Assembly (NCBI GenBank): GCA_031835245.2
Contig: JAVKOQ020000087.1
Location: forward strand, 62,001 to 126,000
Reading direction: 5' to 3'
Length of the DNA: 64,000 nucleotides
Source: Balamuthia mandrillaris
Lineage: Eukaryota
The notes beneath the pieces are model-generated. The model saw only the letters and a program-made list of their open reading frames with translations, did no database searches and was not told where the DNA came from. How positions within the stretch are numbered: position 1 is the first letter of the stretch; every line of letters begins with the position of its first letter. This document shows, piece after piece, positions 39,634 to 52,600 of the stretch. The position numbers and the translations under genes are program-made.

Positions 39634-41395
39634 TTAGTCTTCTTCTTCTTCTTCTTCTTCTTTTGATTTTTCTTCATCTTCTTCTTGACTGCTTCCAGTG
39701 CTTTCGTATTGAGAGTCGCCTTCAGCGACCTGGCTGTTCACTTCTTGTCCTCTTAGGTTGCGATGTTTTAGGTTACCTATTTGAACAAAAACAAAATACA
39801 CGTTAAGCTAGAAAGACTATCAAATAACGAAGAAGTGAGAGAAAGAGCGTGCCCATCCAAAAGGCGTTCAAACAGTCGTTGTCGATCAACATGACTTTAA
39901 CTCTATAGATGAGCAATTCCAGGCTCTTTTTCACAGGTGGCACCAGGTTCACTAACGTCACCACTTGCTCTGTTTTTCCATGTGCGCATAACACCTTTAA
40001 ATTTGGACAAAACGTTAGAAACAAAGAAGATTCTGTATGACCAGAAGATGAAGAAGAAGAAAAAGCAGAAGAAGAAGCGAACCTGCATGGCTCTAGTGCT
40101 CGTTTGCAGATTCTTGATAATGAGCTGAATGTCCTCTCTATTGTTGAAAAAGTGTTTGGACAGGAAGGGCATCAACTTGATGAAAGTCTCCACAAAGGTC
40201 CTCCCCTTGCGCAAAGCTTCTGCCAAGACGGGGCTGCTCTCCGTCTCTTTGGCCAAAGTGATGAGTCCACGATAGACAAGCACGCATTGGTTAATATTGT
40301 TCAGCACTTCGCTAACGTCCGTTGTCGTTGATGTTTCGGCTGCTCCACTTCCACTTACGCTCGTTTTGATGGAAGAGAAGGCACAAACAAGTTCTCTTAG
40401 CAAGACTTTGAAGTAGACGAGAAAAGTCTGTTGTGTTAACGTCTTGAAGTTGTTGCTGTCTTCTTCCTCGTCTTCTTCTTCTTCGTTTTCTTCTCTTTCG
40501 CGGCGTTCATCGTCATCATCATATGTTCGAGATTTTTTGGAAGAGGACGTCGAACGTCGTTGTTTGGTGATGACCTTGGGCAAGACGTTCAATACAAAGT
40601 TGGAGATGACAGCGGTCGGTTGCGGTGCCAATCGTATGTGGTGTTGAAGAAGAAAGATTAGAGAATCCGCTTTCAGCTTTTGCTCCTTCCATTCAGTATT
40701 GAGCAGCTTAGCGCAGAGTTGAGAGAGACGTTCCGAGAGGTCTCCTTCGGCAACTCCTCCGCTAGCTTCCCTTCGCACGATGGCAACCAAGAGATTGACT
40801 AACGCGACTCCTGTATCGAGGTCTGTTAGAACTTGAGAGAAGTTGGAGAAATATATGAAACACGCTCGCAACAACGCTGAAAGCGAGGAAGAAGAGGTGT
40901 CTTCTCCTCCTTGTTGCTGCTGCTGTTGCCGTCGCCACCGATCGCGGATACTGCTCATCACTTCTTTGGCTAACGGCAGGTTTTCTGGTTTGTAGATCTC
41001 CTCAAAGCAGAACAGCCGTTCAAAGCACTTGAATATGAGAGTCAAGCAAGCGCCGAGATAAGGCCTCGCCCTGGAGGCTTGCTGCAATACCTCGCACACC
41101 TGTCCAACTCGTTGCAGGTGATCACAGAGTGCTGGAAAGGCGGGTCGCAGGAAACGAACAGCGGCAAGAGGATCTCTCCATTGGCTGGTTAGAAGTCGGT
41201 GTTCTTGTTTGAGGCTATTGCTCTTGGAGGAGGTGGTTCCAAAGTAGGTTGTTCGCTTGGGAGGGCTTAATAGTACGGTGAGTTTATTGTTTAAGTCTTG
41301 AAGCAGGAAGTGCAGAACAGATGGCTGATTCATGTATTTATAGAAGAAAATAATTAAAACAAACTGTAAGAAGGAAGAAAATGAAGAAAATGATG

Positions 41396-41429
<34 letters not shown>

Positions 41430-43452
41430 AAGAGAGAGAAAGAGAGAGAGGGGAACAGTACCTCCAACTCGATCGCTTCGTCGAGAGCAGACGTACTTTC
41501 AGAGAACGATTCACTATCAGGAGGAATGGCACTGTAAGCCAATATCAAGCAAGAGCCAAGCTAGGAAAGGAACAAGAAGAGAAATCCAGCCGTTAGCTTG
41601 AAAACGAAAAGCAATAAAAGCGGAGCTGCTAACCTCCAATTCACGAATAAAGGGGCGAAGAAAGTCAACATGAGGTGTTACCAACAACTTCGGCTTCGAA
41701 TTTTGTAAGGGCTCATTTTCTCTGTAAATAAGAAATAGCACCAAGGAAAACATCGGGTTGAGAAAAAAAAACCAAATTAACAAACTGAAAATAATACCCT
41801 ATTTCATCATCGTCTTTGGGTACTATATCCTCCATTTGATCTTTGGAAGAGCTGCTTCCTCCCGTGTCTTTTTTCAAAAGTTGCTTGTCGATGGTCAATG
41901 GTGGAATATCTTCAATTGTTGAGATAAACTTGGTGATGGACAGCAGCACTCTTGGCTCTTGGGACAGACATCGTTGCAGCATTTGCTCCATTTCTCTCAG
42001 ATGCTCCACTCTTTTTACAACCTTGTCTGTTATATTAGAAGAAAAATGAGAAAGACAAATAAATAAATGAATGTTGACAGAGGGTAGACGTCAACTAACG
42101 TTTGATAGTAATATCGGATGAGCTATAAAACGAATTGATCAATTCTCGGCACCTATTAAAAGATAATGTTAGCAGAAACAATTACAAAGAAGAAAGAAAA
42201 CAAACCAGCAGAGTCCGAAGAAGAGTGCCAAGCCAACATTACTTTGCATGACGGCACCTAACCGCGTAAAATCCTCGAATTCGTCAGGGGATATCAGAAA
42301 CAAAGGACACCCAACAAGAGCATCGATGCCTTCCAGCGGTTCATCAAGGAACACGCGACTCACTTTTAGTAGACGCAATAGGGGAGCTAATTTTATCAAA
42401 AGGTTTGCCTTTTCTTCCTTGATCATGTAATATAACATTACTGCTATATTGTTTACCTGACCCAAAAAGCAAAACAAACAAAGAAGTGAGAAAACACAAA
42501 GAAAGAAAAGAAAGTAATACTGTACTTGGTCGTTTAAGTCAAACCAAAGCGCCTTGGGATTGCTGCTCAAAACATCAGACAACTCTTCTCCCTCTGGCAC
42601 CAAGAACTTCTCAGTTAACTCGTTCTCAGCCAACCTGTTCCCGAAAAAAATATTCTCTTGTCAGTCATACGAAAACTTAGCGAAGGCAAATAAGCTTACG
42701 TTTTTAGCTCGTCCACAACCTTGCAATCTAAAAGGCCCTCTCTCACAATTTCAACAAGTTCATCACATAAGAACGAATAGCAGTACTGCAAAAGAAGAAG
42801 CAGTGAGACAACATATGGCCAAACAGGAGCAGGACTTACAGGAGAAGAAACGGAGCAGGAGCTTATCAATAAGTGCAGTAACGTATATATCTCTGTTCTA
42901 TCAGCTGAGTTCATGGCTTCGCCCTGGGAGGCAGCAAAACCAGAAGTCACGTCGTGCTCTATGTCTTCATTTTGTTCACTTGCTTTGAGACGAAAAAAGA
43001 AATCAAATAAGATATGCATATCGCCTAAACGAATTACAAAGTAAAGAAAGGCAAAGTACTGACCAAAAGATCTTATCATGGCCAATCCTCCAAGCATTCC
43101 AATTTTCTTTGCAGAGTCTGCTGGACTAGAAAGTAACTTTCGTATCATGATCCTAACTTCGTTGCCGAGAGTTGAAGGGGTATTCGACTTTTGTGCTTGG
43201 TAAATACTTTTTCAAGAGAGAGGAGGAAGAGGAGAACGTACATGTGAAGCACGTGAGACTAACTGACAAAAAACTGTAAAGATGTTGCGGATCTGGTTGT
43301 CCTGAAGAGTATGGAGATAGTCCAGAATGCCTTGTATGTACACAGAGTAACTTGCCAATTGTTCGCGCATTGCCTTTGATTCTATCAACTTTAGCAGCAC
43401 ACTCAACGCAGCGTCTATTTCCTCACTCTATCATAAAGGTAATCAGGAAACG

Positions 43453-43493
<41 letters not shown>

Positions 43494-45708
43494 AGAGAAC
43501 AGAGAGGAACATGAATGAAGAATGCCATACCGCTCCAGACCCGATGTGGGTGATGATATTGCCCAACAACTCTTGTCGTTGATACTTTTCAGTAAAGTGT
43601 TGAAATACAAGAACGTATTGCGCTACCCCAAACTGCCTTATGGCTGGCTCTGGTGAACGAAGAAACAATTCTTGTAGTGCCAACAAAGAAGCGTGGTACC
43701 TTTTTTTTTTTTTTTTTTTTGTGTTAGTATATAGATAAGAAGGTTGTTGTTTGTGCGAAAGTGAGAGCGAGAAGAAAAGAAGAAGAACAAGAAGAAGAAG
43801 AAAGAAGAAGAAAGAGAAAAAAGAAGAGAAAGAGCAAAACGAGAAGAAAGGAGGAGAAGGAGGGGAGGAAGACAAAAAGAAGCAGAAACAGCAGCAGCAA
43901 CAGAACAAGATCAAGAACAGGAAGGAAAATAACATACGGAGCAAGAGCTTGCGTGTGACCAGCGATAGAGTGTGATAGAAGCGCGGAAGTGAAGTGCCCT
44001 GCCACAATCTTTTTCCGAAATATCGCTTCAGTAGCTTTCTTATGAGCAGGAATCGAGTGCAACACCCACAGTAACCACAAATCCAATAGCTTGTGTTCCG
44101 CCTATAATATGAGGTTTAAAAATGTTCATTATTTGCCAAATGAAACACTCTACAAAGAGAAGAGAGTACTTGAGATGGAACAGTTTGAATCTCCTTTAGA
44201 AAGGCCTTAAGTATGTATTGTTGTGAGCGAATACCAGATTTTATGGCCTCTGTTCGATAGATGTTCTTCTGGTTAGACATCATAACGACAAGAGCGAAAA
44301 GATACAAAGGAAAAAACCAATCTACCAAGAGTTAACGTTTCTCCCATTTTCTTCGTGGCCGCTTCTGACGATTTGGCTTGTCGGTTACTCAATAGCGGTG
44401 CGAAGTCCAAATTGCATCGTATCTTTTTGGCAACTTGTTGCACGTTGTCTTTGTTCGTTGAGCGCAGAAGAAAGCTCACCACAACGGGGAGGTCATCTAG
44501 GGCGGCAGATGGAAGGGACCTCAATACCGAGTTCCTTACTTGGTCCTTCACGAATAGATATGATAAGATACAGTAATATAATTAAGTGAGAAAAGAGAGA
44601 AGACAAACTGTTAACTCGGAGGGTAGATTCAAGTTGGATAAAGTATCCAGAATTGGCACTGTGAGCTCGCTCTCCTGTTCCATTAATTCTTGAAGGTCAT
44701 TTACAATCATGGGAAAACCATAGTCATCGATAATGTCGGGAATGAACGTGATGATCTCTTTCTTAAGATAGGTAGGACACGCCTTCATCACCTCCATAAG
44801 TTTGGTGGTTAATGCTTCGCTCTCGACAACGCTGTCCAACCACCGAAACTGTCTCAGGATTTGTCGTGGTAGACTGCTTCCATAGTCTGTGTCTCTGCCA
44901 TTGAGAAGACAACGAGAGAGAGGGGGGAGAGATGTCACAAAAGCGAAAGCCTAGAATCGGAAGGAAAGAAGCAACGTACTCTACAATAAATTGAGGCAAC
45001 TTTTCCAGCAGTCTTTCAATAAGGAACGGTTGTGTAGCATCCACTGATAACAGCAGCTTCAACACACAGTCATTGGTGGCAACATGTTCGCTATGTTCCC
45101 AAAAAAAAAAAGTGAGACGGAGTGTTCGCGATGACCCAAAAAAAAGTAAGGAGGAGGAGAGCAATAAGAGAGTGATACGTTTGGTCGGGACTGGAGAGTG
45201 CAGGGCGCAGCCAGTGTTGCAGCTCCTCATCATTGTCGATGATCTCTGCCAATTCTTCTTGCGCTTTCTTTAGCGCTTCTGGGCTTTGAGTAAACATCTT
45301 GCTAACGTGTCGTCGTAGCTGCGTTGGATCAGCTTCCAGCAAGAAGAGGAGGGCCGAAAAGAAGATGGTGAATAAACAAGAAAGCAGAAGAACAAGAAGT
45401 AAGAGGTAAGAAGCTCTGATAGAAAAGTAGCTACCGATAACGTGCGTTTGTCCAGAGAGACTCCAGCCACCACCTCGAAGCACTTTGTGCAATACGCTGT
45501 TGCCGGAATCTAGGCCTTGGCTTGATGAAGAGGAGGAGGAACCCGCTCCTCCTCCTGCTCGTCCTTTCTTGACCGCCTCCCATCCCTCCTCGGCATTATC
45601 TTTTTTTTGTTTTTTGTTTAAAAGTTTGGGTAAGCGTTAGTTCAATGCTGAGCATCCCCATGTTACAAACAAAACAAAAAAAAAAACCCAACCTTGTTTT
45701 CGTTTCAT
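39634..45708 (-). CDS. FANCD2: Fanconi anemia group D2 protein homolog (many exons)
   Basis: LL.EKLP, QFRWLD, EII..IPDI, DLPVVV.FLL, LI..IGSG, IRKLLSS (monoubiquitination-site context), WCRELIN, C-terminal LQ.STR..Q.LC.H.K...VP..KKSLE.L..RVK.ML...C..AFWMGNLKHRNL.G.E. Confidence 0.92.
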
Positions 45709-45918
45709 CTTTGTCCTGGTAGTTGGGCGCCCACAGGAGAGGACGCGTACACTTTGCTCGTCCAAACTTTTTCTTCTTTTTTCAAAAGAAAAATACTAGG
45801 AAAAATTTTGTCTTTAGAAAAAGGCTTCCAGGAAAAATTTTGTGTGGAAAATTGTTGAACTGCAAGACGGCTGTCAGGAAAGGGATCCCTGAACCTTCCT
45901 TTGAACCCCAGGAAGAAA

Positions 45919-46755
45919 ATGGAAGGAAAGCAGCACAAGCGTACAATTTGCGGGCCAGAGGGGTTGTTGTGTGTGGAGCATAAACACGAACCGACAAAAA
46001 GATCTAAGCTTTGTTCCCGCATTCTGGAGAAGGATGGTGGAGAAGGAGCTGAGGAAGACAGCTGTCTGCTCAACAAATTCTTACCGGATGAACTGCTGCA
46101 CTACATCCTCTGCATGGTGCCCTCAAGCAATGCCGGCATGGCCGCTCGCACCTGCAAGCGATGGTACTCCTGCTGCCCTGTCTCTCTTCGCAACAAACTA
46201 GACCCGTTTGCCACGCACTGCAGCAAATCCATGCTTCAGTGGAGCCTTGACAATGGCTATTCCAACCACTACTTTGTTTGCACAAAGGTGGCAGCTCGAG
46301 GCGGCCTGGAGGCTTTGCAATGGGCGAGAGAGCAAGACTTCCGTTGGGATACGAGCGTGTGCGCCCACGCGGCTGCCAGAGGGGACTTGGAGATGCTTAA
46401 ATGGGCTCGTTCTGAGGACTGCCCATGGAACCCATGGACTGTCCTCTACGCAGCGCGGAATGGGCAGTTGGAAGTGCTGCAGTGGATCAAAGAGAATGGC
46501 TGTCCTTGGAACTTTGATTCGGTGTGCTGCCAAGCAGCCCTTTATGGCCGCTTGGAGACGTTGCAATGGGCGAGGGAGAATGGATGTCCTTGGGATGCAC
46601 GCGTGTGCACCAACGCGGCCTCGAATGGTCATTTGGAGGTGCTCAAATGGGCAAGGCAACAAGCATGTCCTTGGGACAAGAGCCTTGCTCTCGATAAGGC
46701 GAAAAACAACCAACATCAGGAAGTGTATCAATGGATATTGGATAATTATCAGTGA
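45919..46755 (+). CDS. Intronless F-box plus ankyrin-like repeat protein (giant-virus-type WD/CPW repeats)
   Basis: F-box LPDELLHYIL...AARTCKRW; five to six repeats of AA.xG.LE.L.WAR..GCPW. Confidence 0.88.
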   Translation: MEGKQHKRTICGPEGLLCVEHKHEPTKRSKLCSRILEKDGGEGAEEDSCLLNKFLPDELLHYILCMVPSSNAGMAARTCKRWYSCCPVSLRNKLDPFATHCSKSMLQWSLDNGYSNHYFVCTKVAARGGLEALQWAREQDFRWDTSVCAHAAARGDLEMLKWARSEDCPWNPWTVLYAARNGQLEVLQWIKENGCPWNFDSVCCQAALYGRLETLQWARENGCPWDARVCTNAASNGHLEVLKWARQQACPWDKSLALDKAKNNQHQEVYQWILDNYQ

Positions 46756-46828
46756 CTGTCTTCAACAAGTCTCTTTCTCTGTCGACTTTCAGGAATATTA
46801 ACCCCTTTCCTGTAAGCGTCTTTGCTTA

Positions 46829-47335
46829 TTAGACGTGGAGTTCTTTCGTTTCTTTTTCTATTTTGTCGTCATCTTCATCGTCACTCCAAGGCTCTAAGCC
46901 AAGCATCTTTCGGCCGAGAGGGGAGGGCACAAACTCTGTGGGAAGCCTTAAACGTACCGCTTCTGCTCGAGCTTTGCCCAATTCGCTCTCTGGGTGTGGC
47001 ATCTGTAATATATGTATTCAAGACGGTTACAAATATAAAACAACGGTAAGCAAAAGCAACTCAGAACATACCACATCAGCAGGAAACATCTTGAGGTACT
47101 GGCAGAACCGAAACTTATCGCTATCATTCGGATAGTTGCAGTGAGGCATCGCGGAGGACCAAACGACCAAGCTGCCACGACGCATGCTGACCTTGAAGAC
47201 ATGTTGGATCAGGGGATCATCGCTTGGAGCCATGATGAAACCTTTGGATGAGGTCTTTGGATGCTTTTCAGCCCACTCTTTCGTGAACTTGTGAAAACCT
47301 GGTTCAACAAACTGTTAGAACTATCTTTGGATGCT

Positions 47336-47389
<54 letters not shown>

Positions 47390-48319
47390 CGAGGTAGCAA
47401 GGGACAAAAAAGAGAACAAACCAGGAACAGTAAGAAAGCCGCCATCCTCAACCTTGCTGTCTGCCAAGGCTATCAGCCCTTGAACCTTTTCATATCCCTT
47501 AAACTCGTTGTTCTCATTGTTCTCCGTGATAAACTCGTACGCGGCGGTATGAGGAAGCTTCCATCGTTCTAACGTTTCTTTAGCTTTTTTTCTATTTTCT
47601 GCTTCCTTTTCTTTCTCTTCTATTTCTCCAACATGAAACCAACCCCATGGATTTAGGTCCCAATGTACCCACGCCGAACGGGTCTTCCATTCCGGTCTAT
47701 CTTCCCTTCTTATTCCTCCTTCTTTGTCTGCTTCTTCTGTCTCCTCTTCTTTCTTTATTCCTTTTTCTTTTGTTCCTTCTTCTTCCTCTTCCTGACGAGA
47801 AGGAAAAGGAATGTTTTTAGTGGGTCGCATCATGCCATACCTGTCCATGCTGACCATCAACTTCTTGGTGCCCAACACCAAGCTGAAGGCTTTGTAAAGG
47901 TTAGCGTTCTGGCGGTTGGTCCAGGCCATGACCCCATCCACAATATCCATGCCCACGATGCCAGCCCCTCCTTTGCCTAAACGTTCCCAGGAGTGAGGGT
48001 CCTCCCTCTCGAGGCCAGGGAACGAGTTGCTGACCAGCTGCCAGATCTCGTCGATGGTACGGTCGCAGTCTTCGGGGTCTAGGACGTTGTCTACTACCAC
48101 GAAGCCAAACTCTTGGAAGAAGTCGAGAAGGGCTTGTGGGTCATCATCATCGAGGGAGAAGGAGCGGACGTAACCCTCTTCATCGAGAGGCACTTGTACG
48201 GGGGTGTACGACGTGGCAATGGGTTGAGGCGTCGGCGTAGCCGAGGCAGACTGAATGGACGCTTTGGAAGACGTGCCTCGTGCAACGTTTTTCAGTTGAG
48301 AGGAAGCAGAGTTACCCAT
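46829..48319 (-). CDS. PhyH-like Fe(II)/2-oxoglutarate dioxygenase with N-myristoylation motif (3 exons)
   Basis: FF.EFGFVVV.NVL, HWD (HxD), VQGLIAL.D....GGF..VPG|FH, GSLVVW....PHCN, R..QY; N-terminus MGNSAS. Confidence 0.85.
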
Positions 48320-48695
48320 CTTCCCCAAATAAATGGAAAATAGGGGGTGGGACGTCCCTTCTTTTCTTTCTTGTTGGTTTTTTTTTTCAAGCTCAGCTTT
48401 CTTCGGTGAAACGGTAACGCCTCAAATCAAGTGACATCACCGAACTCCTCAAAAGGTTAAAACACACGTCAGTCGAAAATTAAATCAGAATTTCCCGCCA
48501 AAATTTTGGGGGGGGGGGGCAATTAGGCGTGGTTCAGCAGTAGCAAATGATGCAGAACCAATTTTTTTAAAGGTCCCCTTCGCCACGTTCTCTTTCCTTC
48601 TTCTTCTTCCTCTGCTTCTTCTTCTGTGGCCATAGATGTTGTTGTCTTTTCCTGTTGCTTAACTTCAAAAAAAGAAACACGAGAACAAAAAAAAA

Positions 48696-49434
48696 ATGCA
48701 GACAAAGAGACTCGCAGTGAGACGGAGGTCCAAGAAAAAACAAGCGCCTCCTCCGCCGTATGCCATCCTGCCCAAAGAATGTGTTACGCAATTGAAACAC
48801 GTTTACAACCCTGAGGACAGCAACTGGAGCCTCAAAGAGAACCTCATTTCGGTGACAAAGGAAGAGAGCGTTTCTGACCCTTCCCACACACTCTGCCGGG
48901 TGGACTACACCTTTCGATTTACCAAAGGAAACGAGGTAACCTCCTCTTTCTTTAAGGGTTCGGTTCTCTGTCGTCTCAAATAGTAAACAACACAAACAGA
49001 CTTTCGAGGGATATGTGTTGTATCATGAACGACAAAAGTTTAAGGAGGACAAGGAGAGCGACGAAGAGCAAGACGCAGAGAGCGATGACGAGGAATGGGA
49101 GATCAACAGAACTGGCTTATTCCTTAGCCCCATCAGAGAGGTCCCCATGGCTGTCTGCGACCGAGCGCTCAAGGAAGGCCGCCAAGAAGGGGAGGACAGC
49201 TTTAGCTTCGAAGACGACGAGCTGGAGGACCTCTCCATCAATCACCTTCAATGGCCCTTTGAGCTGCCGCCTCATCGATACAATGGTGGAATGGAGGACG
49301 AACTGAAGGCGAGAAACAACAAGCCGTGGCCGATGGTCTTTTTTCTGTCCGAACCCAAGTACCACCCGGACGATAACCTTTGGGTGGCTGCTGATCCTGA
49401 AAGCGACCAATACTGTCCCTATTTTGTTGGTTAA
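48696..49434 (+). CDS. Hypothetical protein, basic N-terminus and acidic core (2 exons)
   Basis: Two ORF segments join in frame across intron ~48936-48999; no family recognised. Confidence 0.6.
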
Positions 49435-49627
49435 ACAATAACGTTTTTCCTCCAAAGTTTGTGTTCTTCTTATTCACTTTGTGTTCTTCTTATTCATTCG
49501 TAGCTCGTCTTTCCCTCTTCTATCTCTCTCTTCTCATCGCAATGACAAACACAAAAAAACAAAACTGAGGAAGAAAAAGAATGTATGAATGTACAACAAA
49601 GAAGCCAGAAAAAAGAGAAGTGGGTGG

Positions 49628-52600
49628 TTATTGTGAGGAAGGTTGCAATAGATCTTTGTACTGAGACTTGAGTTGCCGGAGCTGCGAGTGTACTTGCCCT
49701 TGTAACTCCTGTGCTCTTACTTCCTCCGTCAGCTCTTCCGTCGTCACCTCTTCTTCCTCGCTTTTTGCTGTTTTGTTACCCGCAGATGAAGAAGAGCTCT
49801 TCTCGTCCTCGCCTTGGTTCAATGGTGAAGAAGCACCAGAAGATGCTTCGGCCAACAGCTCCCGAATTAGCAAACAGGCTTTGCTTCCCCCGGTCAATGT
49901 CTCCGACCGCACCATCAAACGGATGCGCGCCAACAGGTCATAATAAGCACTGCTCTCCTCTTCCGCGCTCTCCAAGTTTTGCTGCAACAGCTTGACTTTT
50001 CTCTCGAAGCTGGCCACGTACTCGTTCATATAATTGCGCAGCAGGTCCAATTCTTGGCTCTGACGTCTTACCTCCTTGCGAGCCGCGGCAAGTTGGATGT
50101 TCAACGCCGATACCTGCCGCTCTAACGCAAACTTCTCAGCGAGGAGCTTCTGCCTCTCGGCCGAGGGATTGTTAATGTCCCCTCTCCGATCGGCCTCTAA
50201 CAACCAAATGTCCATTTGCAGTAGCAATTCACTCTTTTGGTTCTCGCAGAGTTGCATCTTCAGGTTGGTGGCTCTGAGTTGTTCCTCAAGTACGGAGATT
50301 TGGTTCTGTGCCTCACTCTGGCCTTTCTTTAGACGTTCGGCCTCTTCTTTGGCGCGAGCCATCATTTGCTTCATGGCTGGCAAACGCTTCAGACATTCGT
50401 TGGCATGGTCCAGCTCCAGGCGCAGCCTCTCCTCCTCCTGTCGGTACTGCTGTAGGGAGAGTTCGTGCTGATGAACGCGTTCGTCGGTGTGCGAGAGTTG
50501 TGCTTCGAGCTGACGACGGGACTCCTCGGCACGTTCCAACTTGGCTGACAGCTCGCTCTCAGTGGTTTGCAGGAGATGAGAGAGATGGAGGTGAGCAGTG
50601 TTGAGCTCCTCCAGTTGATGGTCGCGTTGGGAGCAGCGTTCGTCGAGGAGGGAGAGCTTAGATTTGGCAGAGGCGAGCTCCTCTTTGACGGAAGTGAGCT
50701 CGTCTACAAGAACGTCTTTTTCTTGGGAGAGAGTGGTGTTCTTGCTTTGCTCGCTCTCCAACGATTGACGTTGAGCCATCAGCGCCTATAATTGTAACTG
50801 TATAAGCGTAGTGAACAAGCAAAGAAAATGAGCACGAAAAGATACATACCGCTTCCTTTTGCTCGATCAATTTCTGCAAGGAAGACACCTGGTCGCTGAT
50901 TCTAGCAATCTCTTCTTGTTTTTCGGTCAACTGCTGTTGGAACTGAATCTCGGTTTCGGCTTGTTGACATAGTAGCTCCTTTTGTCGTTCGTCCCACTCG
51001 GCGATCACTTTCTCCATTTCTTCTCGATGACGAGAGGAAAGGTCTGTTTGCGTATTCTCCAAAGTGAGGCTGTGCTTCGTTTCGGCGGTTTGCAGTTGCT
51101 CTTCGTGAGCTTTCCGCAGGCACGACAGTTCCTCCTCCTTTTGCTTTTGGTGTTCCTCCAACAGAACTTTGGTGTTCTCCTCCGCTTCTTTGGCTTGCAT
51201 TACGAGTTGTTGTTGTAATTCCTCTAATTGTTGTTGGCTCTCTGCTAGGTCTTTGCTTTTGGTAGACAAACTTGAGCGGGCCTCTTCCAGCTCACACTTC
51301 ATAAAGAGATGTTAGTAAATGTCAAAAGTGAAGAACGAAGAAAGGAAGAAAAAACCTCGATTGCTTGATGTTTGGCGCTGAGGCATTGCATAGCTTCCTC
51401 AGTGCAATGAATACGTTTCGAAAGGAGCGAGAGTGCAGCCTTGTAGTGGTTAACCTGGACAAGAGAAAGCGCATGCTCTTGCTCCTGGAAGGAAATGGTC
51501 TCGCGGCACTGCACCAACTCTTCCTCGCATTCCAGTATTCCCTGCTTTGTTTTCGCCAACTGCGATTCCGCATGACGGAGCCCGTTTTCCTTTTCTCGCA
51601 AAAGTAGCGTCGTATTTTTGAGCTCCGTTCTGCACTGGTTGCACTGTTGCTCCAGAGCAGAGAGCTCGCTTTCTCGCTGCTGAACTTTGGCGGTCATACT
51701 TGTCAATTCTTGGGTCTTCTGCTCCAGCGCAACTCGAAGGGAGGTAAGCGCTTCCTCCCTGTCTCTCAGCTGAGACTCGGTCTTGGCCAATGACTCCTCC
51801 AATCCAGAGCTCTTCTCCTCCAATCTGTTCTTTTGTTGTTGCAGCTCGTCTCTCTCGGCCACAAGTGAGTCCTTGTCCACTTCAAGCCGTTGTACCTGCT
51901 CAAGAGCGTCTTGCTCGCCTTGCTCCCGAAGTTGAAGTATTGATTCAAGTTCACGTTGTTGTTGCTCGAGAGAGGCGTGCAGTTGCTTGAGCTCCTCGAG
52001 AGTGGCCGTCTCTTGGTCAAGCAACTGACGGGACTGGGTTACTTCTTCTTGTAAATGCTCGCACTTAACCTGTAGCTGCGACAACGCGCTGTGCTCGGCC
52101 TTGTACTGTTCCAACAGCTGCTCGCTCTTCTGCTTGGCCTGTTGACATTCAATAGAGAGGCTCTGCACTCGCGCGGTCAGCTCTTTCTTCTGAAGAGCCA
52201 GCTGCTGACGAGAGTGCCAAGCCTTTTCCAGGATGACACTCTGGCGGTTTGTAATGTCTCGCACGTGCTTGTTGTGCTTGTGGGTCAACTGGGTGGCCAA
52301 CGATCTTCGTCGTTGGATTTGATTGTCCACACGTTGAAGGGCAGTGTGAAGGCATGCCTCGCAGCGACCGCGATGCTCCTGCAGCATCTCTCTCTGCTTG
52401 CCAAGGATATGGCACTGCTCTTTCACCGCGAGGGCGGCTTGGTTGTGAGTGTTGGCAAGGAGGGTTGCCTTGTCCAGTACGTTTTGAAGAAGGGTGAGAC
52501 GACCAGAGAGGCGTTGCTTTTCCTCAGCCAGCGAGGCAATGGTTCGTTTGTAGTCCTCGTGTTTGAGCTCATCTTTGACGGTGGAGAGCTCTTTCTTGTG

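Noticed and set aside
45798..45856. 14-bp direct repeat AGGAAAAATTTTGT and AAAATTGT as a mimivirus-like early promoter or target-site duplication
   Set aside because: AT-rich, imperfect match to AAAATTGA, and both copies lie on the same side of the gene.
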